From an uncultured virus (IMG/VR IMGVR_UViG_3300005193_000001) (lineage: Duplodnaviria > Heunggongvirae > Uroviricota > Caudoviricetes), in the IMG/VR virus record IMGVR_UViG_3300005193_000001, positions 124,001 to 188,000 of that record: a stretch of 64,000 bases of DNA; one strand, written 5' to 3'. Each line of letters begins with the position of its first letter. The stretch's first letter is position 1. This document shows positions 20,033 to 29,346 of this stretch, in pieces. Both the position numbers and the translations under genes were made by a program. Under the pieces are notes generated by a model. The model made no database searches. It was given only the letters and a program-made list of their open reading frames with translations, and was not told where the DNA came from.

Positions 20033-20476
20033 TTATTCTTCTTCTCCAAGATCAAGTTCCTTGTCAACCTTTTCGGCTGCATCTTTAGCCTTGTCCGTCA
20101 ATTCGTCGTAATCGGTGTCTTCAAGGTCTTCTGCAACGTCTCGTATATAATCCTTGTCTTGATCGCTGAGAAGACCAGACCCTTCTTCGCCTTCTTCGTC
20201 TTGAGACGTTTGACGAACAGTGGCGTTGTACATCTTTTGAACGACCTGAGAAAGCTGAAGAAGCTGCTCGTTGTTCTTAACGCTGATCTCCATATAATCG
20301 GTGATCACGGGAACTATAGTAGCAGCGTCTCCTTCATCCTCTATTAGGTCGGAGAGTTGATCTACGAGATCTTCGATGAGGTGCTTGTTCTCGTAACTGC
20401 GTTCGTAAGCTTCTTCCAAAACGTCTCCAAGTGATTTGTCCTTGAAAGCTTTAATTTCATCGGGGTCAAGACTCAT
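20033..20476 (-). CDS. hypothetical helical protein
   Basis: 147-aa acidic ORF abutting the gp5-like gene. Confidence 0.65.
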   Translation of the reverse strand: MSLDPDEIKAFKDKSLGDVLEEAYERSYENKHLIEDLVDQLSDLIEDEGDAATIVPVITDYMEISVKNNEQLLQLSQVVQKMYNATVRQTSQDEEGEEGSGLLSDQDKDYIRDVAEDLEDTDYDELTDKAKDAAEKVDKELDLGEEE

Positions 20477-20482
20477 AGTAGT

Positions 20483-21316
20483 TTATTCAAAGAATTTGCC
20501 TTCTGGCTGAACGCTACCTGTGTTCTTATAATTATCAGACAGCTTGATATAATCCTCTCGAAACTTTTTTACCACTTTGGTAATGTGCTGAGTTCTTTCT
20601 ACGCCAGTCATTTCTCTAATCATGACGTAAAGCTGCCTCTTGTTAAAGGTTTCGATGGTGTCTCGTTTTTCGAAGATTTCCAGGAGAGCGTCGGCTATCC
20701 GAATGTCTCGCTTCTTGTCAAACATATTGGATATGCGCCCTCTCCAGTAGCTAATCATTTCTTCGAAGAATTCGTCTCGCTCTTCGACGTCTTCAAAGGT
20801 CTCCTCCATCGGCAGATCGAAATTGTTATCATCGTCGTCGATCCTGACCTCGGCCTTGTATCTGTCGTAGTTCTTGTTATTGATTTGGATAAACTTGTTA
20901 CGAGCGATGGTAGAGAAGTAAGAAAATGCCTTACTGTCTTTGGTCTCGTCGTACATGTCGATCTTCTCCACCATGTGGTGGAGAACTCGCTGCTGCACGT
21001 TCTCAAATGGAACATCAAAGTAGCTGAATCCAAAGTTATTAAACACTCCTTCTACCAACTTTTCAAAGGGCTCTTTGATTTCGTTTCTGTAGATGACATT
21101 TCTATCCAACATGAGCTTGTCACGCCTCTTCGAAAGCTCCCTCTCCCGCTCTGGATCGTCAATTTCTTCCAGCTTTTCCTCTATCTCTTCAACCTCTTCC
21201 GTTAGATTGTTGAACTTCTCGATGTACTTGTCCGTCTCTTCGGTGAAATAATATCCGTCGTCGTTTTCTTCCTCTTCATCTTCGGTGCTTACAACTCGTC
21301 TCTCTACTATTGACAT
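20483..21316 (-). CDS. putative phage sigma factor (T4 gp55-like, late transcription)
   Basis: YDETKDSKAFSYFSTIARNKFIQ resembles the sigma region-2.3/2.4 motif of gp55. Confidence 0.6.
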   Translation of the reverse strand: MSIVERRVVSTEDEEEENDDGYYFTEETDKYIEKFNNLTEEVEEIEEKLEEIDDPERERELSKRRDKLMLDRNVIYRNEIKEPFEKLVEGVFNNFGFSYFDVPFENVQQRVLHHMVEKIDMYDETKDSKAFSYFSTIARNKFIQINNKNYDRYKAEVRIDDDDNNFDLPMEETFEDVEERDEFFEEMISYWRGRISNMFDKKRDIRIADALLEIFEKRDTIETFNKRQLYVMIREMTGVERTQHITKVVKKFREDYIKLSDNYKNTGSVQPEGKFFE

Positions 21317-21373
21317 ATAATTTTTGAGAGTTTTCGATGCTGGGCGCTTTCACGACACGTTGCCGCTACTAGC

Positions 21374-21670
21374 CTATGAAGAAGAAGGGAAGTCTTCTTC
21401 AACTCGTTCCTCGGAGTAAAAACCAGACTTGAAAAGCTCCTTCATCATGCTCCGCAGGGTGTTATAAAAATTCCCTATCTGATCGTCACTTTGATATGCT
21501 CCTGTGTCATCTAGCCTTTGCAATTGAGTATATAGCTCTCTGACCATACCCGACAGCTGCTCGTAATAATCCTCGTAAAACACGTTCTGCCAATACAGGT
21601 TCCAAACGGCGTACCCGAGGATACAGGTAGTGCTAAAGAAGAAAGCCGCAAGACTGATCCAAATCCACAT
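21374..21670 (-). CDS. membrane-anchored hypothetical protein
   Basis: N-terminal hydrophobic helix followed by a coiled region. Confidence 0.65.
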   Translation of the reverse strand: MWIWISLAAFFFSTTCILGYAVWNLYWQNVFYEDYYEQLSGMVRELYTQLQRLDDTGAYQSDDQIGNFYNTLRSMMKELFKSGFYSEERVEEDFPSSS

Positions 21671-21678
21671 AACAAAGA

Positions 21679-22038
21679 CTAGGTAAAGAGTTCTTCAAAT
21701 TCCTCGTCGGCATCCTCACGCTCCTGCTGAGAAGGCTCGTTACTAACCTGTTCTTCTTCCTCCTTCTCTTCTTCATCGAACACGTCGTCGAATTCTTCCT
21801 CGTCTTCAGAATCTTCTTCCATGGGCTTTTCATCCTCGGAGGAGGAATTTTCCACGGTCTCTTCTTTGTCTTCGGTGAAGACTTCGGAGAGGGCTTTTCC
21901 CTCCACAACGTTGCCCATATCCTCGGCCTCAACGTCCATATCCACGTTTCCGTCCCCCTCAGAACTGAAACTGATGGTAAAACTTACGTCGTTCTCTGCG
22001 AGATACTCGATGAGCTTTCTGATTTCTTTTATTTGCAT
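21679..22038 (-). CDS. highly acidic hypothetical protein
   Basis: 119 aa, E/D-rich tail. Confidence 0.6.
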   Translation of the reverse strand: MQIKEIRKLIEYLAENDVSFTISFSSEGDGNVDMDVEAEDMGNVVEGKALSEVFTEDKEETVENSSSEDEKPMEEDSEDEEEFDDVFDEEEKEEEEQVSNEPSQQEREDADEEFEELFT

Positions 22039-22055
22039 GGGTTTTTGTATATTGA

Positions 22056-23333
22056 TTAAGGATCGTAGATCGTAAGCTTATCGCTAGCACGGGTAATAGC
22101 GACGTATTTGAGCCGCTCGATTTCGTGCGGATTCGGACAGGTGTTAACGTCTTCTATGTCCACGAAAACTTCGGTGAACGTAGAACCCTGAGCCCTGTGA
22201 ACTGTCATGGCGTAGGAATAATCGACGTGGGCAAAAGACTCTTTGTAATTGTAATAATCTCTCCACTTTCGCCCATTGTCCTTCGCTTTTTCTGCGAGTT
22301 CATTGAGCTTCTGTTGGTACCTGCCTTCTTCGTCTCTGTTAAGAACCTCGATGTGCCTATAATCGTCGGCGTCGGGTCCAGAAGAGATCTCAAGCTCCCA
22401 AGTATCGAATCCGTAGAGGGAACTTGGCTTTTTGCCCTCCACGATAAATTCTTCGCTGTTTTGGATGATCGGGGATCTGTACTCGTCGTCGACTCCGAAC
22501 CACGGTTCGGTGGCTACCAACCACTCTCCCTGCACGTACTGCTCGTTCGAATCTCCGTAGAGCATGGACCGGAAAACATCGTTGTAGGTCTCAACAACGT
22601 CGTTCCTGTAGGCGAGAACGCGTGCGTGATCCCCTCTACGAGCATAGAGGTCAGTATCGAAGCTTTCCATAGCACGTTCCACCAGATCCATCCTATCGTC
22701 AACAACGTAGACCCCCTTGTCGTCGTTCACTCGGGTTTCGAAGTTGTGATGATCGTTCTCCCTCACCATCATCGAAGTTTCTATGATAGGGTTGCCCTTC
22801 TCCTGACGAACTATATTTTCGAGCTTGTAGCCGTCGTGATCGAGAGCGGGGCTGGGATCCTCGTTAACGGGAGGAAGCTGAGCGGGGTCTCCGGAGATAA
22901 TGACAGAGAGATTATGAGCCTCTGCGGATTCCATGATCATATCATAAAGCTTGCTAGGGATCATGGACCCTTCGTCAATAGCCAAGAGAGCCCCCCAAAC
23001 GAACTTCTTGGGGCCGTCTCCAGTTGGGACGAACTTATATCCGCCCTTTCCATCGGGCTTTGGACGCATCCCGAAGGCGGAGTGAATTGTCTGGACTTCG
23101 TACCCCGTTCTGCGGCCCAACACTTCAGCCGCCTTGTGGGTTGGGGCCATCATGTAAGTCTCGTTAAATTCAGGCCCGTGCTTGTCAACGATGTGACGAA
23201 GAAGATGTGTTTTCCCGGTTCCGGCATAACCTTTGAGAGAGGCTACGCCACCGCCGAAAACAATATCCGTGATAGCTTTTTCCGCTTTCGACTGCTCGTC
23301 TGTAAGAGATATGCGTTCTGGATTATTTCTCAT
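22056..23333 (-). CDS. SF1B DNA helicase (Dda/RecD2-like)
   Basis: GYAGTGKT Walker A, APTHKAA, IDEGSM, GDPAQLPPV, YAMTVHRAQGSTF, YVAITRA. Confidence 0.93.
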   Translation of the reverse strand: MRNNPERISLTDEQSKAEKAITDIVFGGGVASLKGYAGTGKTHLLRHIVDKHGPEFNETYMMAPTHKAAEVLGRRTGYEVQTIHSAFGMRPKPDGKGGYKFVPTGDGPKKFVWGALLAIDEGSMIPSKLYDMIMESAEAHNLSVIISGDPAQLPPVNEDPSPALDHDGYKLENIVRQEKGNPIIETSMMVRENDHHNFETRVNDDKGVYVVDDRMDLVERAMESFDTDLYARRGDHARVLAYRNDVVETYNDVFRSMLYGDSNEQYVQGEWLVATEPWFGVDDEYRSPIIQNSEEFIVEGKKPSSLYGFDTWELEISSGPDADDYRHIEVLNRDEEGRYQQKLNELAEKAKDNGRKWRDYYNYKESFAHVDYSYAMTVHRAQGSTFTEVFVDIEDVNTCPNPHEIERLKYVAITRASDKLTIYDP

Positions 23334-23390
23334 TTAGAAACCTTGTTTTTCTGCGAGATTTGAAACGTGAAAAACGTGGGCTTGGTTTCG

Positions 23391-23636
23391 TTAAGCTTTC
23401 TTAAACCAAACGTAGCCATCTTCTCCTTCTTCTACCTTACACTCTTCCACTCCCAGGATATCACAGGCGAAGTCATAAGCCTCGTCGAAGTTCTGATGTT
23501 CTCCGGGACGAGAATCCTCGTCTGGATTGACGATTCTCGAAGGATATCCGACCTCGTCTTCACAAACGAGAGCCGAAATAGCCACGGGAAAGTCTTCGTT
23601 GTCTTCTATCGCTGCTGCTAGATCTTTGATACTCAT
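23391..23636 (-). CDS. hypothetical protein
   Basis: Acidic ORF on the coding strand. Confidence 0.55.
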   Translation of the reverse strand: MSIKDLAAAIEDNEDFPVAISALVCEDEVGYPSRIVNPDEDSRPGEHQNFDEAYDFACDILGVEECKVEEGEDGYVWFKKA

Positions 23637-23738
23637 AGATATGCTTGTAACTATTTGGGTTCAATTCATTCAATTATAGGTATGGCGGATTGACCTCGAA
23701 CGAGACCAACCCGCCATGAAGCCTCTGGAAAGCTTTTG

Positions 23739-23987
23739 TTAATTGTCCTTTTGGACTCCTTGCCATTGAGCCAGAGTGCTCATATAATAGTCGAGAGAAG
23801 CCTTATTGATCTTGTCTTCGTTGTAATCGTCCAAAATGCTATTAATAAGTTGGGTCTTCGTATATCCACCGGACTCCGCAATTTCGGACCAAAACTCGTC
23901 GAGCTTGTCGCGGTCGTTGGTTTGGATTGCGTCGTTGTACTTCTTGAGTAGTCCTTTTTCGGCGTTTTTCTCAACTGCAGAAGTCAT
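23739..23987 (-). CDS. hypothetical protein
   Basis: ORF on the coding strand. Confidence 0.55.
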   Translation of the reverse strand: MTSAVEKNAEKGLLKKYNDAIQTNDRDKLDEFWSEIAESGGYTKTQLINSILDDYNEDKINKASLDYYMSTLAQWQGVQKDN

Positions 23988-24053
23988 GGTTCTTCTAAAA
24001 TGTGGTTATAGTATTCCTACTTATTCGAAATTAACTTAAAGGGAGGACCTCGT

Positions 24054-24233
24054 CTAATCGTCGTCGTCCTCCTCTCTTTTTTGTTTGGCTTTCTCTTGAG
24101 CGTCACGAGTTTTGTTCCAATTGCTCCAAAACTCCGAGTCCTTAGACTTGGAGGTGGAGTCCATTATCTCTTCGGTAACATCTTTCTCGTCTTCAAGATC
24201 GTCTACTATACTATCGAACTTGTCTGGATCCAT
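24054..24233 (-). CDS. hypothetical protein
   Basis: Acidic ORF, likely start MDPDKF. Confidence 0.5.
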   Translation of the reverse strand: MDPDKFDSIVDDLEDEKDVTEEIMDSTSKSKDSEFWSNWNKTRDAQEKAKQKREEDDDD

Positions 24234-24249
24234 AATGGTTTTTTTGTCT

Positions 24250-24603
24250 TTAGTCTTCCGGGTCTTCCCAAATGCGTTGTACCTCTTCTTCACACTTAAA
24301 TACGAGTGGTTGGGCATCACCAGCCAGTATCTTGTACATGAAGCGAATAGCCCTAACATCGTCTTCTTTTATTTCCAAATCAGATCCAAATTGTCTGTGG
24401 TATTGACTCAATTCCACAACGCCGCTGTAGGTCTTTTTCGAGCCATCGAAACGGAGACCAACGCGAATACCGTTATCAAAGTGAAAAACAACGAAGAACC
24501 TTCTACCGCTTTGCTTTTCTTGAATTTGGACCCTCTTTACTATATGCTTGTAACCCAGCCAATCCTCGATTCTTTCTTCGGCCTCTTCATACCGATCAGA
24601 CAT
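24250..24603 (-). CDS. hypothetical protein
   Basis: ORF coupled to its neighbours. Confidence 0.55.
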   Translation of the reverse strand: MSDRYEEAEERIEDWLGYKHIVKRVQIQEKQSGRRFFVVFHFDNGIRVGLRFDGSKKTYSGVVELSQYHRQFGSDLEIKEDDVRAIRFMYKILAGDAQPLVFKCEEEVQRIWEDPED

Positions 24604-24847
24604 TATGATTCAAAATCTGCTCTACGACACCGAACACTACTTCTTGTTCGTCTCTCAGCGCCTTGTAATGATCGATAACTTCTTGTGATGAAACAAGCTT
24701 CGCTATATAACGCCCACTTTCATATCCGTTTTCTTTCAAAACCTTATCGGGTCTCGTAGGCCCGTTGCGTACAACGTACTCAACGAATTCTTCCGCGTCG
24801 AGGTGTGAGGTGGATCTTCCGTCCAGTATCTTGTAAATTGTCATCAT
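24596..24847 (-). CDS. hypothetical protein
   Basis: ORF coupled to its neighbours. Confidence 0.55.
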   Translation of the reverse strand: MMTIYKILDGRSTSHLDAEEFVEYVVRNGPTRPDKVLKENGYESGRYIAKLVSSQEVIDHYKALRDEQEVVFGVVEQILNHNV

Positions 24848-24853
24848 AGAATC

Positions 24854-25465
24854 CTAAGAGATTTCAAGTACGTTCCAATCGTCGTGTTTCTTGGCGTACT
24901 TCCACTTAACTTCGAACACGTCGCCTTCGGCGTTTTCCACCTCTATTTTGTCGTTACGTCCGAGTTTTTCAAGATCGGACTTTTCGTAAGGTACGCGTTC
25001 TATTTTCTTATCAAAAATGGTATTTCCGTTCAGATGGTCAATCTCATGCTGAACGACAACGGATTCCAAATAAGCTGGGTCTTCTTGCTTCTTGTCTTCG
25101 TCGTTTTCGTCCTGTTCGGTCCACTGACCGGGTCCGAATTCAAGCTTACCCATCCAATTGTCAGCTTCGACAGTGACCCAAACCGAACGCTCAGTCCGTA
25201 GCCGTTCTCCCGGAATGGAAAGACAACTTTCCCAAGTGCGGGTGGTCCCACTTCTATCAACGATTCTTGGGTTGATGAGCTCGATTTCTTCCTTAACGTC
25301 CAAAATGCACGAACGACTGTTCTGGACCCCGATTTGGTTGGCCGCGAGTCCGAAGCCTTGAACGTCCTGGAGCTCTTCCCTAATGCGATCAATAACTTCT
25401 TCGTGATCCACGTCGGAAGAATGAGTGACAGGAACGGTGAGTTGGTTCAAGTCCGTAACAATCAT
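24854..25465 (-). CDS. def: peptide deformylase
   Basis: GFGLAANQIG, ESCLS and QHEIDHLNG motifs. Confidence 0.93.
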   Translation of the reverse strand: MIVTDLNQLTVPVTHSSDVDHEEVIDRIREELQDVQGFGLAANQIGVQNSRSCILDVKEEIELINPRIVDRSGTTRTWESCLSIPGERLRTERSVWVTVEADNWMGKLEFGPGQWTEQDENDEDKKQEDPAYLESVVVQHEIDHLNGNTIFDKKIERVPYEKSDLEKLGRNDKIEVENAEGDVFEVKWKYAKKHDDWNVLEIS

Positions 25466-25512
25466 ACAACTGTAAAATCGGTATAATCTCTCAAAGCGAT
25501 AGTGGATCGTCG

Positions 25513-26235
25513 TTATTTGGCTACGGAAGCCGTCTCCGAAGAAGAAGCGAGTGGCGGACTACCGTTATAAGAGTGATCGGCAAAGAACCGAAAACGCTTT
25601 TCTTCAACATCCGGAACCGGAACCTTAGAAAATCTGGAAGCCCAGACGGGATGTGGCTTGTATCCGGGCATGGAGACTTCGCTGTAAAAATAGAGAGTAC
25701 TAGCGGAAAATGGACGCTCGCTAGAATCGGCATTCACTATCTGCCTCGAAGTATCGAGAGCTTGAAACCAATTCCTGGACTTATGAAATGGAGCCTTCAG
25801 ATGATCCGCGTCCAGAGTCAGATAATAATCTCTTTTGGGATTACTCCTGTTAAAGGCGCTGAACTGCTTGTCATCCAGCACGATATCTCGGTAGGTGGAC
25901 TTGCCATTGTAGTTAACGTCAACCCTATTTCTCACGACCCAGCCCACATACCTCATTTCTTTAGGCTTCGTGGTTTCGCTGTAGATAGCACGTGCAAGCC
26001 ACAGAACCCGATCACTTGTACGAGCCTTCAAAACAGTCCTAATACTATCGATCTCTTGTTCCCTGGACTCGTATTTCCACTCGGCTTCAAGTGCTCTTTC
26101 AAGGTTGGCATCTGCTCGTTTCTCGGCCTCAATGTGCTCCTGTTCCACCGAACTTACGCCCCAAGCAAAGACGCAAAAAGCTATCAAAGAAGTGATGGAA
26201 ATGGAAAGACAAAAAGGAACGAGGCGTATGTGCAT
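25513..26235 (-). CDS. cell wall hydrolase, SleB/Hydrolase_2 family, membrane-anchored
   Basis: LARAIYSE...VGWVVRNRV...QFSAFN...LYFY; N-terminal transmembrane segment. Confidence 0.85.
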   Translation of the reverse strand: MHIRLVPFCLSISITSLIAFCVFAWGVSSVEQEHIEAEKRADANLERALEAEWKYESREQEIDSIRTVLKARTSDRVLWLARAIYSETTKPKEMRYVGWVVRNRVDVNYNGKSTYRDIVLDDKQFSAFNRSNPKRDYYLTLDADHLKAPFHKSRNWFQALDTSRQIVNADSSERPFSASTLYFYSEVSMPGYKPHPVWASRFSKVPVPDVEEKRFRFFADHSYNGSPPLASSSETASVAK

Positions 26236-26298
26236 AGCTGAGTGGAGTTTTTGTTAAAGGAAATCACGTGAGTTCAACGAACTTAAAGGTCCGTTGTT

Positions 26299-26616
26299 TC
26301 AAGCCACCAGATCTCCTCCGCCTTCACCACCAATGTCGGGGGAGCTTCCCTTTCTAGTAAACACGATCCTCCAGTCACCAATAGACTCTCCATCGATGGT
26401 AACGTCGTCCACCTCCATCACAGCTTTTTGAACGTCGTCGTCTACAATTTCAGACATAAGAAGAAGCAAAGCTGCTTTTCTGGAAGCTGTAGTCTTGCCT
26501 ATATAATCTTCGTTCTCTATGGCCTTCTTCTTGACCAATTTTCCTATGCTTTTCTCGTCCCAATTAAGAATGGAAGTTGATTCTTTCTCATCTTCAGTGA
26601 GTTTCAATTCAGCCAT
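26299..26616 (-). CDS. hypothetical protein
   Basis: ORF coupled to the GroES-like gene. Confidence 0.55.
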   Translation of the reverse strand: MAELKLTEDEKESTSILNWDEKSIGKLVKKKAIENEDYIGKTTASRKAALLLLMSEIVDDDVQKAVMEVDDVTIDGESIGDWRIVFTRKGSSPDIGGEGGGDLVA

Positions 26617-26932
26617 GTATTTGGTCGTTTGATAGATTCGCACCGATAGCCAAAATCGAGTTTTCTTCTACGATCTTCGTTCCTTCATTGTCTATGGAGT
26701 AAGAACGCTCAGAAACGTAAAGAACCACGTCCCCTTTATCACAGGCTTCAAGGGTAGGCCCCACTCCCAGAACCACGGCTCCAGCCACTCTGCTATCGGT
26801 GGACAAAGAACCGCGAGAAAAACCGGAATCTGGCGTCTCTATTTGGTGGTTCTTATTCTCTTTAACTTCTAAATCTTGAATTATGGCATTGTTACGAGTT
26901 GGATCGAAGCCAACGTTAGAATAATCAATCAT
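26609..26932 (-). CDS. GroES/Cpn10-like co-chaperonin (divergent)
   Basis: PTRNNAII...AVVLGVGP...CDKGDVVLY...IVEENSILAI. Confidence 0.65.
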   Translation of the reverse strand: MIDYSNVGFDPTRNNAIIQDLEVKENKNHQIETPDSGFSRGSLSTDSRVAGAVVLGVGPTLEACDKGDVVLYVSERSYSIDNEGTKIVEENSILAIGANLSNDQIHG

Positions 26933-27306
26933 GAAGAATTGTTTGCATCTTGGGGCTCGTACTTTTCCCACAGATCTTTCATGTCTTGCCCTATGTGCTG
27001 AATAACGTCCTGCTTTTCCAAGCCTTGAACGTCAAAAAACTCGTGTTTCCACTTTTTGTAGAGATTGTTGAGCTTGTCTAGCTCTTCTTCACTTATAGAT
27101 CCACGCTCTTGTATTTTGACCAGACACTTGGAAAGAAATGTGAAGTCAGGATTGGGCTCACCACCTATCGCATTTCCGTTATCATCTACTGCTCCCTTAT
27201 AATCATTACTAGCCCGAAGACAACAGACCATGTAAAGACTAATAAGGTGGGTGCGATCTTTGACCCAATTAAGCCACTCCGTTTTCTCTTCTTCGGTAAT
27301 GCTCAT
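26929..27306 (-). CDS. hypothetical protein
   Basis: 125-aa ORF. Confidence 0.55.
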   Translation of the reverse strand: MSITEEEKTEWLNWVKDRTHLISLYMVCCLRASNDYKGAVDDNGNAIGGEPNPDFTFLSKCLVKIQERGSISEEELDKLNNLYKKWKHEFFDVQGLEKQDVIQHIGQDMKDLWEKYEPQDANNSS

Positions 27307-27345
27307 GACAAGAGCTAAAGAATAAGGTGAAAAAGAAAATAAAAA

Positions 27346-27421
27346 GCAGGGGGTGGAATGCGTGGAACTCCGGGCAACGACCGGGACTTCACCAAGAGCT
27401 CCACGCAGAGTTGAGCCCCCC
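27346..27421 (-). ncRNA. long hairpin RNA or terminator directly 3' of the suppressor tRNA
   Basis: GGGGG/CCCCC outer stem, 11-bp GCGTGGAGCTC/GAGTTCCACGC stem, CCGG/CCGG apical stem, followed by a T-run. Confidence 0.45.
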
Positions 27422-27425
27422 TATG

Positions 27426-27500
27426 AGCGGGAGAACGGATTCGAACCGCTGTCGCCAACCTTAGAAGTTGGGGTTATGGACCTTTCTAAACTACTCCCGC
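27426..27500 (-). tRNA. amber-suppressor tRNA (anticodon CUA), tRNA-Gly-like body
   Basis: Acceptor GCGGGAG/CTCCCGC + U73; anticodon arm CCAAC-TTCTAAG-GTTGG; T-loop TTCGAAT. Confidence 0.8.
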
Positions 27501-27564
27501 TGGTACCACGTGACAGAAAACCGCCCGTGGACCGTTCAAGTTTCATGAAGCTCTGTTGAAGAGA

Positions 27565-27831
27565 TTACTCCTCCACCACCAACACAGCCTCGTCCTCAAG
27601 AATGGCGTGATCGCCCTTCCAATCAAGACCGGATCGTGCAGAGTAATAAATAATATCACCCTCCTCGCAAGACTCGACTTCGGGTCCGGTTCGCACCACT
27701 TCGGCACGGTGAACAGCCTCTCCGGTCTGCTCAGGGAGATAAAGTCCCTGCTCAGTCTGCTGTTGGCTGCTTTCCTGAACGATGAGATTGTCTCGCGTCG
27801 GTGTACCTCTAACTGCTGTATGTGTAGCCAT
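27565..27831 (-). CDS. groES: GroES/Cpn10-like co-chaperonin
   Basis: PTRDNLIV...TEQGLYLP...AEVVRTGPEV...GDIIYY...ILEDEAVLVV. Confidence 0.8.
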   Translation of the reverse strand: MATHTAVRGTPTRDNLIVQESSQQQTEQGLYLPEQTGEAVHRAEVVRTGPEVESCEEGDIIYYSARSGLDWKGDHAILEDEAVLVVEE

Positions 27832-27903
27832 TTGGAATAATAGTTTATTAATTCGATTCACGAACCTGTTACGGTCCGTCCTTACTGCTTTATTAAATAG
27901 GTG

Positions 27904-28215
27904 TCAAAACATATCAAACAAGCGCTTCGCGATACCTTCTGCACACTTCACGTCTTCGAGCTCCGGGTCCGTGAAAGTATAAATCCTTGACTTGATGGAA
28001 ATGGAGCTACTTTCTTGATAAACTGTAAACTCGACCTTGAAAGACGCCTTCGACCTCTCTCTCGTATCATAAACGAAAGCTTGGATTATATCTCCGCTTT
28101 CGAAGGCTTTCTCGTATGCGGCCTCAGCACTAGAGTCTTTCGGTACGCGAAAGCTAGAATATTCGTTGTTCTCCAAAACCTCAAGTGACGTGCCGCTGCT
28201 TTTATTCAAAATCAT
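27904..28215 (-). CDS. hypothetical protein
   Basis: ORF coupled to the kinase gene. Confidence 0.5.
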   Translation of the reverse strand: MILNKSSGTSLEVLENNEYSSFRVPKDSSAEAAYEKAFESGDIIQAFVYDTRERSKASFKVEFTVYQESSSISIKSRIYTFTDPELEDVKCAEGIAKRLFDMF

Positions 28216-28675
28216 CGTATCTGTTCTCCATCATTTCGTACCAATCTTCGAAGTGCATGTCATCAACTCCCAGAGGATCTTTAACCCTGCTAACGCGCTT
28301 AATCACGGGAATCAGATACTCTTGTTCAGAGTCTTTAGCGCGTTCAATGCAAACCTCGGGAGAGGTGTGGAACTCCTTGAAAACGGTCTGGAAATTCTCG
28401 TCCCTGAACAGGTTCCGCCTCTCTTCGGTCGCCATCATAGAGTCCAAAATGACGACGTCGTGATGGTCGTGAAAAAGAGCTCGGACAGCCACCCTAACAT
28501 GCTTCCAGACAAGTGGTTCTGCCTGTTTGTTGTAGTGGCTACCATGCACGGCATATCTGAACCCGTCAACCTCCACTACGGGCCAACCGTGCTCTTCCAT
28601 CATTTCATTAATCCACGTGCTCTTCCCCGCTCTCGGGAGTCCGACAGTTGCTACTAACGTATCTTCCTCAGTCAT
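28202..28675 (-). CDS. P-loop kinase (AAA_33 / polynucleotide kinase-like)
   Basis: GLPRAGKSTW Walker A, VVILDS, EVCIERA. Confidence 0.8.
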   Translation of the reverse strand: MTEEDTLVATVGLPRAGKSTWINEMMEEHGWPVVEVDGFRYAVHGSHYNKQAEPLVWKHVRVAVRALFHDHHDVVILDSMMATEERRNLFRDENFQTVFKEFHTSPEVCIERAKDSEQEYLIPVIKRVSRVKDPLGVDDMHFEDWYEMMENRYDDFE

Positions 28676-28973
28676 GGGTATCTACCGTACCGTTTTTACT
28701 TTCAAGCATTCTTTCGAGTCTTTCGAGCTTATGGAGAACGCGATCCTCGACCTTAGACTTGTCGGTATGGAGGAGAATCAGTGTGGGTAGGAGAATGTAC
28801 ACGTCGGCAATCTCGTCCGCCCACTGGTCCGAATCGGCTCTCCCTTGTACCTGTTTCCCGAAAAGTTCGATAAGTTCTCCGATCTCTCCAATAGCGAGCT
28901 TTTCTTGACCTTCTTCCCCCCACTGGTCGATTGCTTCCTGAGCGGCTTCGAAAATTTGGTCCGTATGATTCAT
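28668..28973 (-). CDS. MazG-like NTP pyrophosphohydrolase
   Basis: WG...Q...AIGEIGELI...DEIADVYI. Confidence 0.75.
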   Translation of the reverse strand: MNHTDQIFEAAQEAIDQWGEEGQEKLAIGEIGELIELFGKQVQGRADSDQWADEIADVYILLPTLILLHTDKSKVEDRVLHKLERLERMLESKNGTVDTHD

Positions 28974-29242
28974 AAATTGTCGAAGTATTTGTAGTTGATA
29001 ATAGGCTTGTCTAGGGCTTCTCGGATGAGTTGTAAAGCGTTTTCGACGTCTTCTTTTGGCTCGTCGGAGTCCAAAGGTGATCGTACCTCAATAGGATTCA
29101 CGGAGCAAAGAACGGGCTCTCCGCTGTCATTGTAAAACACTTCGTGAACAGCGTGCCAATCTCCGTGCTGATTTTCATGTTTCAAGAGCCTATAATTAAA
29201 GCCGTCGATGTTATCCAAATCGCTTCCTTTTCCAGTGTTCAT
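28970..29242 (-). CDS. hypothetical phage protein
   Basis: NYRL...VHEVFYND.GEP motif recalled from small phage proteins. Confidence 0.6.
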   Translation of the reverse strand: MNTGKGSDLDNIDGFNYRLLKHENQHGDWHAVHEVFYNDSGEPVLCSVNPIEVRSPLDSDEPKEDVENALQLIREALDKPIINYKYFDNL

Positions 29243-29280
29243 GATAAAATTCGAAACGATGAGCTTTAGTTAATATAGAG

Positions 29281-29317
29281 GTGAGGGGAGCCAGCCCGAA
29301 AGCCAGCTCCCCTTCAC
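29281..29317. terminator. GC-rich hairpin, probable terminator
   Basis: GTGAGGGGAGC...GCTCCCCTTCAC inverted repeat in the intergenic gap. Confidence 0.5.
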
Positions 29318-29346
29318 CCCCCTCTTTCTCCCTTCAAGTCAAATGC

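Noticed and set aside
27346..27421. HDV-like theta ribozyme directly 3' of the suppressor tRNA
   Set aside because: A P1-like GGGGCT/AGTCCC pairing and a terminal P2-like pairing exist, but there is no P3/L3 with the CC needed for P1.1 and no convincing J4/2. A simple 11-bp hairpin explains the sequence better. A self-cleavage assay would settle it.
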